A stretch of 64,000 nt of DNA from a virus. Positions 53,633 to 63,991 of this stretch are shown here, one piece after another. The DNA lies in IMG/VR virus record IMGVR_UViG_3300021185_002348, positions 3,918 through 67,917 of that record; one strand, given 5' to 3'. Position 1 is the first letter of the stretch, and every line of letters begins with the position of its first letter. Made by a program: the position numbers and the translations under genes. The notes under the pieces were generated by a model. The model worked only from the letters and a program-made list of their open reading frames with translations, had not been told where the DNA came from and did not search any database.

Positions 53633-56215
53633 TTATAATTGATTATTCCAATCTAAAACTAATACTGCTGTTGCTGTAGTGTCGTATGATGAACTTGTAG
53701 GGTCAAAGGCTATCATAATTACATCACCTGCACTAAAGCTATTAGATGTACCGCCTTGAGCAACAAACCCTGTAAATTTATATGAAGTATCATCTGCAGC
53801 CATATTAACTAAAGGTGAGACAAAAGAACTTGGAGATAGCGTTGGCACTTCTGTTCCATTGCTAGCAACAAGAATTGTGACTCTAGAATTTCCACAAGCC
53901 TGCTCTGACCTTATTATTACAGACTCTACATAACCATCACAAGGCATTATAACTGCACCATATTCAGAGTAACCAGAAGTAGAGGTGCTTTCAAAAGTAC
54001 CACCATAATTAAATGGAAGATACATTCTTGATGCGTTACCAGAAAAACCACATCTCATTAAGTGTCTTTGTTTTGAAGTTATCAGTTCTGTTACACCTAA
54101 AGTACCAGTTATATTTTTATTACCAGTTGTCAGGGCTGTAGCAGTTGCTGCGTTACCACTTGTATCTTGGTCTCCTGTTTCATTAACTCCAGGTAAATCA
54201 ATACTAGCTGTACCATCAAAACTTACACCTCCAATATTAATTGAACTCTCTAAAGCAGTTGCAGTAGCTGCATTTCCTGAAGTATCTTCACTACCTGTTA
54301 TGTTTACGCCAGGTAAATTTATACTTGCAGTTCCATTAAAGCTAACACCACCTATATTTCTTGCTGTCTCTAGTGCTGTAGCTGTGGCTGCATTTCCTGT
54401 ACAAGAACCTGAAGAGCCTGTAACATTTGTTTGGTCAGCAGTTGCACCATTTTCAATTCCGTCTAATTTAGTTCCGTCTGCTGCTACATCTCTACCATCT
54501 ACTGTGCCATCTAAAGTTAAGTTACCATTTTCATTTACAAGAAATACAACTCCTGTAGCACTATTTCTAACTTCAAAATACTGATTACTTTCGTCATTAT
54601 CATTATCCAATACAACACTAATACTACCGTCTGTAGAGATAAGAACATCTCCATCAGTAGGGCCTGCTATACCTGTAGCAGTAATTCCTAACGCATTAAT
54701 TTCAGCTTGTGTTTGGTCAGCTGTAGCATTTGCTTCAATGTTATTTAGCTTAGTATGGTCTGCATTTGTAAAGTTGTTTTGAGATAGTTCACCGTCTTGT
54801 ACGCTGTATGTAGTGTTAGTGTCTGTAAACACAGCGTTAGCAGGTACATTAGTAAGAACTTGACTGTCGTCAACCTTACCATCAAGAGCAGCTTGTAAGC
54901 CTGTAATAACTGATATAGCATGGTTTGCAGGGTGTGTGTAAACAGTGTCAGTGAAAACTGCATTTGCTGGCACGTTTGTAAGTACCTGGCTGTCATCTAC
55001 TTTTGCGTCTAACGCATCTTGCAAACCGTCTGTCTGCTGTATTGTTAAGTCTTCGCTCCCTATAGAGTCTTGCTTTGCATTTAAAGCTGTTTGCAAGCCT
55101 GTTATCAAAGATATGGGGTGACTAGTAGGATGAGTGTATACAGTGTCTGTATAGTTGTTAGAATGTACTGTACCTGCACCATCAACTGTTAAGTCTGGCT
55201 TAGCAGTGTTCGCGGTAATTGCGTTAGCTTGACTAGTTGTAATTCCTGTCTTTGCTGTATTGGCTGCAATAGCTGATGCTTGTGATGTAGTTATACCAGT
55301 CTTATTTGTATTAGCAGTTATAGCAGAAGCCTGCTCGGTTGTAATACCTGTTTTAATAGTATTAGCTATAATAGCATTCGCCTGGTCTGGAGTAATTCCG
55401 ACTTTAGCAGTATTCAAAGGTACTGCAACAGCTAAATCAATACCATCTACAGTCCCTGATAATGTTAAATTACCTTGCTGGTCGACTGAAGCTACGATAG
55501 TGTCTGACGTATTTAAAAAGTTTACGACAGTATTAGTCTTTATATGAAGAGCATCTGCATCTGGTCCTTTTATAACTGCGGGGCTACTACCACTTAAGTC
55601 TAAATGATTTAAAGTAACAGTACCGTTTAAAGTTACACTGTTTTGTATTTCGTTTCCTGTAACTGCATCCGTAGCTATTTTAGCTGTTGTAACAGCATTG
55701 TCTACGATTTTAATAGTTTCTATAATTCCATTAGCAAGCTTACCCGCTGTTACAGACTCGTTTTTAATTACATTTGTACCAACAGACTGTATTGCAAAGT
55801 TTTCTTCTAATAAACTGCCCGGTTTTAATTTGCCCGGCTTTATAGCGCCGTCTTCAAATATATCTATTAAAGCTTCGGTTAAAGAACCTAATGCAATTTT
55901 ACCTGCTGTTACCGCATGATCTGCTATTTTTGTAGTGGTTACCGCATTTTCACGTAGCTTACTTGATGAAACTGATGCAGAAGCTAATTTAGAGCTCGAT
56001 ACAGAACTCGAAGCAAGTTTTGCATTAGTTATACTACCATCGGTAATTGAAGCTGAGCCTGTAGCTCCCGTGGCTCCCTTCTCTCCTGTGGCAATAAAAG
56101 ACACGATAGGAGTAGTATCTCCTACTGTTGCTTGAACGTCACCTGAGGCAGTTGTTGAAAGATTAACCGTAGGGGTTTCTTTTGATACTAATGATATATT
56201 GATTTCTTGGCTCAT
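53633..56215 (-). CDS. Tail fibre protein with several internal repeat families
   Basis: VTxxKIA repeats, GITTxQAxAIxANTxK x4, VDDSQVLTNVPANAVFTDT x2, GNAATATAL x3. Confidence 0.8.
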   Translation of the reverse strand: MSQEINISLVSKETPTVNLSTTASGDVQATVGDTTPIVSFIATGEKGATGATGSASITDGSITNAKLASSSVSSSKLASASVSSSKLRENAVTTTKIADHAVTAGKIALGSLTEALIDIFEDGAIKPGKLKPGSLLEENFAIQSVGTNVIKNESVTAGKLANGIIETIKIVDNAVTTAKIATDAVTGNEIQNSVTLNGTVTLNHLDLSGSSPAVIKGPDADALHIKTNTVVNFLNTSDTIVASVDQQGNLTLSGTVDGIDLAVAVPLNTAKVGITPDQANAIIANTIKTGITTEQASAITANTNKTGITTSQASAIAANTAKTGITTSQANAITANTAKPDLTVDGAGTVHSNNYTDTVYTHPTSHPISLITGLQTALNAKQDSIGSEDLTIQQTDGLQDALDAKVDDSQVLTNVPANAVFTDTVYTHPANHAISVITGLQAALDGKVDDSQVLTNVPANAVFTDTNTTYSVQDGELSQNNFTNADHTKLNNIEANATADQTQAEINALGITATGIAGPTDGDVLISTDGSISVVLDNDNDESNQYFEVRNSATGVVFLVNENGNLTLDGTVDGRDVAADGTKLDGIENGATADQTNVTGSSGSCTGNAATATALETARNIGGVSFNGTASINLPGVNITGSEDTSGNAATATALESSINIGGVSFDGTASIDLPGVNETGDQDTSGNAATATALTTGNKNITGTLGVTELITSKQRHLMRCGFSGNASRMYLPFNYGGTFESTSTSGYSEYGAVIMPCDGYVESVIIRSEQACGNSRVTILVASNGTEVPTLSPSSFVSPLVNMAADDTSYKFTGFVAQGGTSNSFSAGDVIMIAFDPTSSSYDTTATAVLVLDWNNQL

Positions 56216-56604
56216 TAAATATCAATAACTTTAATTTTACCAATCATTAATGTATTTACTTCTGTATTGCCTGTAACTACTAATTTGTATTTATAAGAAC
56301 CTTTTTTTATAGTAATGTAACTTGCTGCAGCATCTATAACAATTGTAGCCGTAGAAGGCGTTACCGTTATAGAAGAGTCGACAAAATAAGTAGCGTCTTC
56401 AGTGTCATTTGAAAATCCTAGTATTGGATTGTTATCTGAACTGTAAACTATTAGCTGGCAATCAAAAGGAGTTGAATTATCATCTTTTAATAAATCATAA
56501 ACAGTTCCATCGTCATTTGTAACAACTACTTTTAAATAAAAAGAATCGTTTCTTCGTATAGTAATATCTATTGGTTTAGCTATATCCGCGCTTACTGATG
56601 CCAT
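56215..56604 (-). CDS. BppU-like fibre adaptor domain, paralog 2
   Basis: DIA..IDIT.RRNDSF, G.Y.Y. Confidence 0.65.
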   Translation of the reverse strand: MASVSADIAKPIDITIRRNDSFYLKVVVTNDDGTVYDLLKDDNSTPFDCQLIVYSSDNNPILGFSNDTEDATYFVDSSITVTPSTATIVIDAAASYITIKKGSYKYKLVVTGNTEVNTLMIGKIKVIDI

Positions 56605-56705
56605 TATTTTATTTTTATATTTATTTTGCTGCTAGCATTAACATTAGTAATTTTATTTGTAACAGCTAACTTTATTTTTTTTGAAATTATTTTTATTAAA
56701 CTCAT
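56604..56705 (-). CDS. Possible 33-aa I/K-rich peptide (not in ORF track)
   Basis: MSLIKIISKKIKLAVTNKITNVNASSKINIKIK fills the gap; its stop overlaps the next ATG. Confidence 0.4.
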   Translation of the reverse strand: MSLIKIISKKIKLAVTNKITNVNASSKINIKIK

Positions 56706-56707
56706 TA

Positions 56708-58114
56708 TTAATCTTTTTTGTATTCTACTCCATTTTGTAAAGATAAACTATTTAAAATAAAAATACCATTAACTTCCGAGGTTATAGCGACAGGATCTGT
56801 TTTAAGGGGAAAATGTTGTTGAGCAAATTCATCATATAAAAAGAAGCTACATGTTGTCGCACTTGTAAAACCTACTGGTATTGATACATCAAGGTAGTCT
56901 TGAAATTGAGCCAAAGGTCCTGTTTGTCTTTGTATTACATCGGAGTACCCTATAACATTATTACTCGAATCTCTTACCTCTAATAAAAAAGGCCTTTCTA
57001 TAATAAGAGCATCTTTCTTAAAATCTACAAATTCTGTTCCGTATAAAATATTTTTATACGCCGTGTACATAAGATTAATTGCATCTCTTGCATACCATGG
57101 GTATTGAGAAAATAAAGGTTCATTAGCAATTAAAATTGGTAAATATTCAAATATCCCTCCAGTGCCTTGTTTTTTATAAATTATATAAAGTTCAGGCTCG
57201 TTTAGTATAACTTCTAAATACTCATTTAATATATTTTGTTGTATTTCTTGTATTTGAATATCTATGCCAAAACTGTTAAAAAATGTTCTTAAAACATCAG
57301 GGTTAATATAAATATTAAATGTAGACTCTATTTCTTCAGGTGTATTTATAGGTGGAGCAGAAATTTGTATAGGTCTTGCAGGGGGTGAAATTCTAGTCTC
57401 AGCATTAATACCTCCTTGAGTGGGTCTATCAAAAACAAGAGTGCAAGCCCCATTAGTTTTCACTTGATAACCTCTACCCGGTATCATATCCCCAATACCG
57501 TTGAAGTAATATTCTGGCAAATAAGCAGAACCGTTGTAGTCTTTAACGATTATAATTTTATTTTCATTTACCAGCGTGCTAAATACAACACTTAAATCAA
57601 CAGCGATAGACAAAGGCATTGCAATTGTATTCCAACCACTAGCCAAATCTACTGATACAGATTGTGCTACTCCTAAATCATCATATTCTAGTCTGTCTCC
57701 TGATACTGAAAATTCTATTATACCGGAAAAAGAACTATTGCATACTAATTTCACCTGGTAGCCTTGGCCATCCGTGAAACTGCCTATTCCATCAAATGAG
57801 TATTGAGGTAAAGTTGCAGAACCTGAATTAGATTTAGCAATAACTATATAGGGAGCGTCTGGATTATTATCAGTATAATCAATACCTCCGTTGGGGTTTA
57901 ACATAGTATTTATTGCGCTTATAAATGAAAGCATATTTGGATATGTCTCCACAAAAGAAGATGCTTTTAAAAAAAAAGATAAATACTGCCACCCTTTTTC
58001 TAAATAAAAAGTTTGAGTATCTCCTACAGGCCCTTGATATGTTATATCAGGAAAGCCTATAACAGAGACATTTGTTGCAAAGTTAGAATCTACATCTGAT
58101 ATTTTAAAACTCAT
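56708..58114 (-). CDS. Hypothetical tail-associated protein with tandem beta-domain repeat
   Basis: L..GW...K...GSA.LP.Y.F.GIG....G.GYQVK occurs twice. Confidence 0.65.
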   Translation of the reverse strand: MSFKISDVDSNFATNVSVIGFPDITYQGPVGDTQTFYLEKGWQYLSFFLKASSFVETYPNMLSFISAINTMLNPNGGIDYTDNNPDAPYIVIAKSNSGSATLPQYSFDGIGSFTDGQGYQVKLVCNSSFSGIIEFSVSGDRLEYDDLGVAQSVSVDLASGWNTIAMPLSIAVDLSVVFSTLVNENKIIIVKDYNGSAYLPEYYFNGIGDMIPGRGYQVKTNGACTLVFDRPTQGGINAETRISPPARPIQISAPPINTPEEIESTFNIYINPDVLRTFFNSFGIDIQIQEIQQNILNEYLEVILNEPELYIIYKKQGTGGIFEYLPILIANEPLFSQYPWYARDAINLMYTAYKNILYGTEFVDFKKDALIIERPFLLEVRDSSNNVIGYSDVIQRQTGPLAQFQDYLDVSIPVGFTSATTCSFFLYDEFAQQHFPLKTDPVAITSEVNGIFILNSLSLQNGVEYKKD

Positions 58115-58638
58115 TATCCTAAATTATCAATTTCTAATGTTCCAAGGCCGTCAAGTAATTCTACTTCAACTCCAAAGAATAAATTATCTACTTCTTCAAC
58201 CTCAGGGCCTTTCGATCCCGCTAAATTAATTATAAATAAAGCTCCATTCGTTGTTCTAATTTTAAGCTTACCGGAATAAGTACCGTTTGTTATTGGTACA
58301 AATATAACTTTAAATTCAATATATGCACTAGCTGGTAATACAGCAGTGAAATTAGAACTATATGGGAAAGTTAAATAATTTTCTGGTGGCTTTAAAAAAG
58401 TTTGAGTGTAAGGCACAGTATAATTTTTCCCAGTAAAAACAACCCCAGAAGATAAAAAAGGAGGAGTTGTGCTAAAAAAAAATACAAACTGGTTACGCTC
58501 ATCTGGCCTTTGTAAATAATTTTCTATATAAAGCCTATCTATTTCTACTGAACTACTATTGGAGTTGCTCACCCGCAGAGAAACTTCTCTTCCAGGATAC
58601 GCAACTCCATTATTAGCTATGTAAGATATGTCACGCAA
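58114..58638 (-). CDS. Hypothetical Ig-like tail-associated protein
   Basis: C-terminal V.F.P...G.Y.G.L.I.T......L.G pattern. Confidence 0.55.
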   Translation of the reverse strand: MRDISYIANNGVAYPGREVSLRVSNSNSSSVEIDRLYIENYLQRPDERNQFVFFFSTTPPFLSSGVVFTGKNYTVPYTQTFLKPPENYLTFPYSSNFTAVLPASAYIEFKVIFVPITNGTYSGKLKIRTTNGALFIINLAGSKGPEVEEVDNLFFGVEVELLDGLGTLEIDNLG

Positions 58639-58642
58639 TTAA

Positions 58643-61600
58643 TTATCCTACTGTTATATTACCAAAGTTTATAGTTGAATTAGCTTCTAAATTATCAGAG
58701 GTATCAGAATCTGTTACAACTAAATCAGAATTTGGAGAAACTGTAAATTTAATAATAAATCTATGCACACTAAGTTTAAAATCAGCGTGGTCAATATCAG
58801 CGCTTTTAAAAACACTATCTTCATCATCCCACTGCATATTGTTATCAAAGCTATTGTCAATTGATTCCACTGTAACCATTGCATAATAATTTCCCGCTGC
58901 ACTAGAGTTATTATCTAATTTGAATCTTATTTTTGTAAAGCCTCCGTAAGTAGCCTGGATTTCTGCTGCTGCTGCAGGGTTAGGTCTTTTAAAATGTGCA
59001 GCCGCATAACCGGAAGTTGCTGTTTCACCTACGCCCTTACGCTTAGGAGGTATTATAGCAAATGTTGCATTTAGGGTATCTTGGAGAAAGGTCGAAGTCC
59101 CAATTGTATTTTTATACAAATCAGTTATTCGATTACCATCAGTTATAGTTGAATATAGCCCTGTTGAACTTGCTGCGTAAGAGTTAGGGCCAAGTGATTT
59201 AAGTGTCACAACTTTATAAAGTGGTGTGTTTGCCCCAGAAGGCTTTACGGGGGCACTTTCCGCGTCTACTAAATTAGAAGCTTCAACTGTAGTCTTCCAA
59301 AGTAATGTTTCCTCTTGACCTGAATTATCAAATTTTAAATCAACATCTGCGTACCAATGTTGGTCTGCAGCATGATATTTAGCTGCTTTGACCATAATAG
59401 TATTATCCGGGTCAAACCTACTAGTCTTAGCATTTGTTTGAGAGTCATAAGTTGCTAAAGATGGATTTGTATAATAACTATTAGTTGCAGTTTTAAATTG
59501 ATTTTTAATTACAGCCCCATTAGATCCGCTAAAAAATACCTCATCTAAATTGTTACCCGCATTATAATCTATGCCAGATTGAATCGCATCTGTAGTAGCA
59601 TCTATTGCATGAAACGCTGCTGCCGTATTAGGTACTGCAGTAGCTGAACCTACTTGATACCAATTTGTAACAGCCTCTGCAGTAGCTTGGCCTGTTTCAA
59701 ATAGGGGGTTATCAGCAATGTCTGCAGCGGCTATAGATAGTCTAGTTCTTGGGTCATAAAAATTACTATAATTTTCTTTTTGTAAATTGTATTGCCAGTC
59801 TCTCCACCCATAAACACTGCCCAAATTTATTTGTAAATTATCTTCTGCGTCGCTCGGCCTAGCGTGGCATTTTATTCTGGCTTGAATTGGATAAAACTCT
59901 ACAAAGTAACTTTGACTGTAAGGCCCTAGTTTATCAGTAAAGTACCCTTCCACATTACCGTCTATTGCAACTTCCGCGGAATAACTACCATCGTTTTGTC
60001 TACCTCCAGGGCTATCTGTTGCAGGATTAGTTCTCCACAGACCAGCTGCTATTGACCTACCGGCTAAGAAGACTGCCCCTTGGGTCAAATCAGCGTTTGA
60101 ATCATAAGAATCATTTGAGTAAAGAGCCAAATTAGTTACTCCTTTTGCTTGAACAGGTACTTCTATTACAAAATCTTGTTTTGCATCTACAATACCCGAA
60201 GTATCCCAAGCGGTACTAGCGGGTATATCTATTGAAGCTGTAGAAGTAGTATTTGGTTTGTAATTGATTGGGAATATATAATCTCCTTCTGCATAAGCAT
60301 ACGTTCCTTTAGTTAAGGGAAATTGAGTTGCAAAAGGAACAGAAGCGGTTGCAAAAGCTGCTCCGCTGTAATTTTGGTAGTTACAAATTATTTTTAAATT
60401 AAATTTATCACCTGAAAACATAGTGTCTTGGGCGACAGAGCCTAATATACCTATAGACTGTGTTCTTAAAGCTCTTCTTCTATGATTTGCAGCTACTGTT
60501 GAATTGTTAGTCAGAACGCCGCCAGAAGCGTTTAAAGACAGCTGGTAGTAAAACCCGCCTGTAACTTTAAACAAGTGATTAAGAAAAGAAGGGCTAGTAG
60601 GACCCGCTACAGACCAGCTAAATTTAATTTGAGCAGCCATTGTAGCTTCTGCTTTAGTAAAATTAAAAGGTGCCTCATTCGCACTAGTGCCATGTATCTG
60701 TATAGAAGAATTACTACCGTTAACAGCCCCGGTTGAAGAATACATAAGTGTCATGTACCAATATGCATTATCTATTGCATCTCCATCCGTTATTAATTGA
60801 ATGTCAGAATCAACCCAAGGAGCTCCTACATTATTTAATTCAGTACTTTCTAAAAAATTATGTGGAGTTGCGTCTTGAATTGTAGTCGCAGACATAGAGA
60901 AATTATCCGAGATATTAGTAGCTGAATTTGTAGTTTGAGGGCTCTGATCATCTACTCTTAACAAATGTCTTGCTGATGATGTAGTATTTACGTTAGTACC
61001 TACTGGAAATAGCCCCATTGCAAGAGTTGCCCCGCTAGGTTTACTTACATAATCTGATCCTTCTAAAAGTAAAGTTCCTGCATTAATACTGTATCTCCCA
61101 AATTGATAACCAGGGGTAAATATATTAGATGCTGAGTATGAAAGTCCTATTACGGAAGTACCCGCAGAGGTTGTTATTGTTAATGTGCTTAGTTCTATAC
61201 TAGAAGGCGCTTGGTTTTCTCCCGGTGCATATCTTATTACAAAAGCAGCATATTCATTTTGATTTATCGGATTTGTTTCACCTGAGCCTGCTGCTATATC
61301 AGTCGTTTTGTAAAGTGGCAAAACTCTAAAAGTTCCGGATGCGGCGGATGTAGCTGTAGTGTTTAATTGATCTAGAAGTATTTCAGGCGATGCAACTGCG
61401 TTAGCATTAACTCCTCCGTGTGCCGCTCCTCCGTTTTGAGCTAATGGAGGTAGCAGTAAACAATGTGTTGCTGTATCAAAAGCTATATCGCCCCCATCAG
61501 ACACAGTTCTATCAAAATTTGTTATTGCGCTTACTGCTTTAATACGGTTTATACCGTCTACTGGAGCACCCGCTATACCGTTAAGTGTAACATTTGCACC

Positions 61601-61888
61601 CATTTCTAAATTACCAGAAGTGTCGACTGGGTCTAAACTAAACCCATTAGCAATTGCAGTCTCAGATAGCTCTATGCTGCTTACATTCATAACCGATGGG
61701 GTGGCCTGAGCTTGAGCGTTTTGTATTACAATTACTGAGTATGCTGTTTGTCTTTCTCCTGCATAGTCTAAAGTAAACGTATTAAATATACCATTACCTT
61801 GTGTTGTAGGTAGCTTTATAGCTAAGTGATTAGCATTAGGCGAAGCGTTTGTACTCGCGGGCGTAATGCTTGGATATTTTATTGCCAT
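58643..61888 (-). CDS. Putative tail spike/fibre protein
   Basis: 1081 aa, A/T/S/N/G-rich, within the fibre cluster. Confidence 0.6.
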   Translation of the reverse strand: MAIKYPSITPASTNASPNANHLAIKLPTTQGNGIFNTFTLDYAGERQTAYSVIVIQNAQAQATPSVMNVSSIELSETAIANGFSLDPVDTSGNLEMGANVTLNGIAGAPVDGINRIKAVSAITNFDRTVSDGGDIAFDTATHCLLLPPLAQNGGAAHGGVNANAVASPEILLDQLNTTATSAASGTFRVLPLYKTTDIAAGSGETNPINQNEYAAFVIRYAPGENQAPSSIELSTLTITTSAGTSVIGLSYSASNIFTPGYQFGRYSINAGTLLLEGSDYVSKPSGATLAMGLFPVGTNVNTTSSARHLLRVDDQSPQTTNSATNISDNFSMSATTIQDATPHNFLESTELNNVGAPWVDSDIQLITDGDAIDNAYWYMTLMYSSTGAVNGSNSSIQIHGTSANEAPFNFTKAEATMAAQIKFSWSVAGPTSPSFLNHLFKVTGGFYYQLSLNASGGVLTNNSTVAANHRRRALRTQSIGILGSVAQDTMFSGDKFNLKIICNYQNYSGAAFATASVPFATQFPLTKGTYAYAEGDYIFPINYKPNTTSTASIDIPASTAWDTSGIVDAKQDFVIEVPVQAKGVTNLALYSNDSYDSNADLTQGAVFLAGRSIAAGLWRTNPATDSPGGRQNDGSYSAEVAIDGNVEGYFTDKLGPYSQSYFVEFYPIQARIKCHARPSDAEDNLQINLGSVYGWRDWQYNLQKENYSNFYDPRTRLSIAAADIADNPLFETGQATAEAVTNWYQVGSATAVPNTAAAFHAIDATTDAIQSGIDYNAGNNLDEVFFSGSNGAVIKNQFKTATNSYYTNPSLATYDSQTNAKTSRFDPDNTIMVKAAKYHAADQHWYADVDLKFDNSGQEETLLWKTTVEASNLVDAESAPVKPSGANTPLYKVVTLKSLGPNSYAASSTGLYSTITDGNRITDLYKNTIGTSTFLQDTLNATFAIIPPKRKGVGETATSGYAAAHFKRPNPAAAAEIQATYGGFTKIRFKLDNNSSAAGNYYAMVTVESIDNSFDNNMQWDDEDSVFKSADIDHADFKLSVHRFIIKFTVSPNSDLVVTDSDTSDNLEANSTINFGNITVG

Positions 61889-61898
61889 GTTTTAATTA

Positions 61899-62588
61899 TT
61901 AAGATTTTTTTACAAATGTATTATCTGATTCAAACCAAACCCTATATACCCCATCTGTGTTAGGTACACAAAATCCTACGCTTCTTACATAGGCTCCCGA
62001 TGAGAATGTAGGCGTGGTTGTTAATTTATTATTACTTGCTATATATAATGTACGCCCTGGAACCCATCCGTCTATAAAGGCAGAGTCTACAGGATAATCA
62101 AAGTAACCTTTACGCATTACATAGAGATTTGAATCATTAAAGGCTAAAAATATAAATAGCTGCGATTTACCGTATTCAGCATCAGATATATTAACCGACT
62201 CAAGATTGCAGCCATAAGCTACATTAGCTTCTACTTTAAAATAACACGGTTGTCCGTGTACAAAACCGTTAGGTGAATTATTAAAGCTTTTGTATAAAGA
62301 CTTAAAACCCTGCATTTCATTTTGGAAAGGACTCGAAGGTGCAATACCTACGTTTACCTGCAACCCAGCAGAAACGCCTATATTAGATAAACTCGCTATC
62401 GCAGTAGCCGAAACTACGTCTGTAGGAGAAGCCTGACCCGCGGCGGTGTATTCATATAGATTATTAGGAGATGGCTCCATAAAGTCTGAAGAAGCCGAGA
62501 CTGGTACAATAGCGGGTGCCGACGCGGTGGTCGATATATTTACCTCTTGAATAGGTGTAGTAGGCGCTATTTGTACACTTACGCTCAC
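61899..62588 (-). CDS. Putative tail fibre-related protein
   Basis: GTG start; C-terminal G..LY..........P..SG..VR.VG motif. Confidence 0.6.
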   Translation of the reverse strand: MSVSVQIAPTTPIQEVNISTTASAPAIVPVSASSDFMEPSPNNLYEYTAAGQASPTDVVSATAIASLSNIGVSAGLQVNVGIAPSSPFQNEMQGFKSLYKSFNNSPNGFVHGQPCYFKVEANVAYGCNLESVNISDAEYGKSQLFIFLAFNDSNLYVMRKGYFDYPVDSAFIDGWVPGRTLYIASNNKLTTTPTFSSGAYVRSVGFCVPNTDGVYRVWFESDNTFVKKS

Positions 62589-62589
62589 T

Positions 62590-63126
62590 TTATACTTGTG
62601 TTATATCCGCATTCAATGTAAACGTCCCTGTCAGCCATGTTGTAAAAACAGCTATAGCGCTCGAAGTCGCTTTGTTTCTTATTTGAAAGTCGTATTTATA
62701 TGTACCAGACTGAAATGCCATGTAGTCAAAAGGAGCTTGAACTGTAACCTGTCCTGAATTAGGAGAAGCTTGTATTTGTCCCTTTAAAAAAATAGCGGAT
62801 GTACCTACCGTTTCCCCCGCATTATTTGCAGAAGTTCCAGAGTAATGCCCTACCGTAGATGCCGTAGGGATTGCATTTGGTGTATTTCCAGCCGCACCTA
62901 TAACAACATCGTTCCAAACATTAGAATACAGATTTAACACTTCGTCCCCGGATTCAGTAGCAATAGTCATTTTAGCCTGATATATTGGAATTGTAGAATC
63001 ACGATTTTGATCCATTGCTAATATAGCTCCGGATTCATCTTTTACCGTAAGGAGCATTTTAAAAGTATCGTTTCTACGCGCAGTTATATTTAACTCCGTT
63101 GCAACATCTGTATTTAAACTAGCCAT
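62590..63126 (-). CDS. BppU-like fibre adaptor domain, paralog 1
   Basis: D.A..LNIT.RRNDTF, G.YKYD.Q, TWL.G.F....DIT. Confidence 0.7.
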   Translation of the reverse strand: MASLNTDVATELNITARRNDTFKMLLTVKDESGAILAMDQNRDSTIPIYQAKMTIATESGDEVLNLYSNVWNDVVIGAAGNTPNAIPTASTVGHYSGTSANNAGETVGTSAIFLKGQIQASPNSGQVTVQAPFDYMAFQSGTYKYDFQIRNKATSSAIAVFTTWLTGTFTLNADITQV

Positions 63127-63129
63127 ATC

Positions 63130-63393
63130 TTAGTGGTCTACTTTTGCTTTGTATAAAGTATAAACCCTATTTTCTCCTCCTGTTATAGCCGTAATTTCTC
63201 CATACACAGTAGTTCCCGCATAGTAAGTAGCAGCCGCGGCTTCACCGTCTAAAGTAAAAGTTGTTAACGGGTTTACATGGTGGAAAGTTACGCCTACCCA
63301 AGGTGGATTAGTGCCACTAGTTTTTTCAGTGGTTCCTACTACGGTTTCGGCTTCACCGAATGAGTGTACGCCTTTTGATAAGTATACTGACAT
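63130..63393 (-). CDS. Small virion protein
   Basis: AGTTVYG.ITAI motif; TATATTTG at 63418-63425 (-) upstream. Confidence 0.6.
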   Translation of the reverse strand: MSVYLSKGVHSFGEAETVVGTTEKTSGTNPPWVGVTFHHVNPLTTFTLDGEAAAATYYAGTTVYGEITAITGGENRVYTLYKAKVDH

Positions 63394-63432
63394 ATTATTT
63401 ATTTTTATATTATTCTACAAATATAATAAAAA

Positions 63433-63819
63433 TTATTCGGCAGGCCACTCTTCCTCCCCTGCTAATATTCTGTAAAGTCTTGTAACTAGAAATTTACCCT
63501 TTTGAGATATTCTGTATGTGCCAGGTTTTCCAATGCGCTTCTTAGCTGGCTCGTAAACATTCAATAGATCAGCCTTTTTAAGCCGCTGTACAACCTGCGT
63601 TAAAGTTTGGATAGTAGATACAATCCCGCACCCCAAAAGGTCCTGTAATGAGAAATAACTAATATCGTATATATGAAGCAAAATTTCTATATCAGATGGT
63701 CTGATATTTTTTTGCATTGCGAGGGTCCGCTTTAATCTTCCGAACCACTTTAGGTAATTGTCTCTATCTTGCTTCCAGAGAAACTTATCGCGTTTATGCG
63801 TCTCCGCCCGGTTCGCCAT
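63433..63819 (-). CDS. Winged-helix (MarR-like) DNA-binding protein
   Basis: NYLKW, DIE.LL..Y, RL.K..L..V, Y.IS.KG..LV.R.Y. Confidence 0.65.
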   Translation of the reverse strand: MANRAETHKRDKFLWKQDRDNYLKWFGRLKRTLAMQKNIRPSDIEILLHIYDISYFSLQDLLGCGIVSTIQTLTQVVQRLKKADLLNVYEPAKKRIGKPGTYRISQKGKFLVTRLYRILAGEEEWPAE

Positions 63820-63991
63820 CTAAATCTGTTTTTAAATCTTCGAGCATTTGAGCCAAGTCCATCTCGAACTCAATCCCATCGGGATTTTTTTTACTGTAAG
63901 CTTCTTGCATGAGCACCATTAGGTCGCCGATGTCGGACCCGGTCGCAAATTCGCTGACTGTTGCACCTTGCAGATATGATGCGTCATCCAT
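63794..63991 (-). CDS. Hypothetical acidic protein
   Basis: 65-aa ORF at the window edge. Confidence 0.5.
   Translation of the reverse strand: MDDASYLQGATVSEFATGSDIGDLMVLMQEAYSKKNPDGIEFEMDLAQMLEDLKTDLDGEPGGDA

Noticed and set aside
54130-55420. DNA repeats in the tail fibre as a diversity-generating retroelement or invertible system
   Set aside because: They are in-frame protein repeats with synonymous divergence; no reverse transcriptase or invertase in the window
115-58902. Numerous 60-160 aa ORFs antisense or out of frame within long genes (for example 5718-, 6390-, 21483+, 23064+, 46315-, 54300+)
   Set aside because: Shadow ORFs of well-supported genes, with no motifs or leaders
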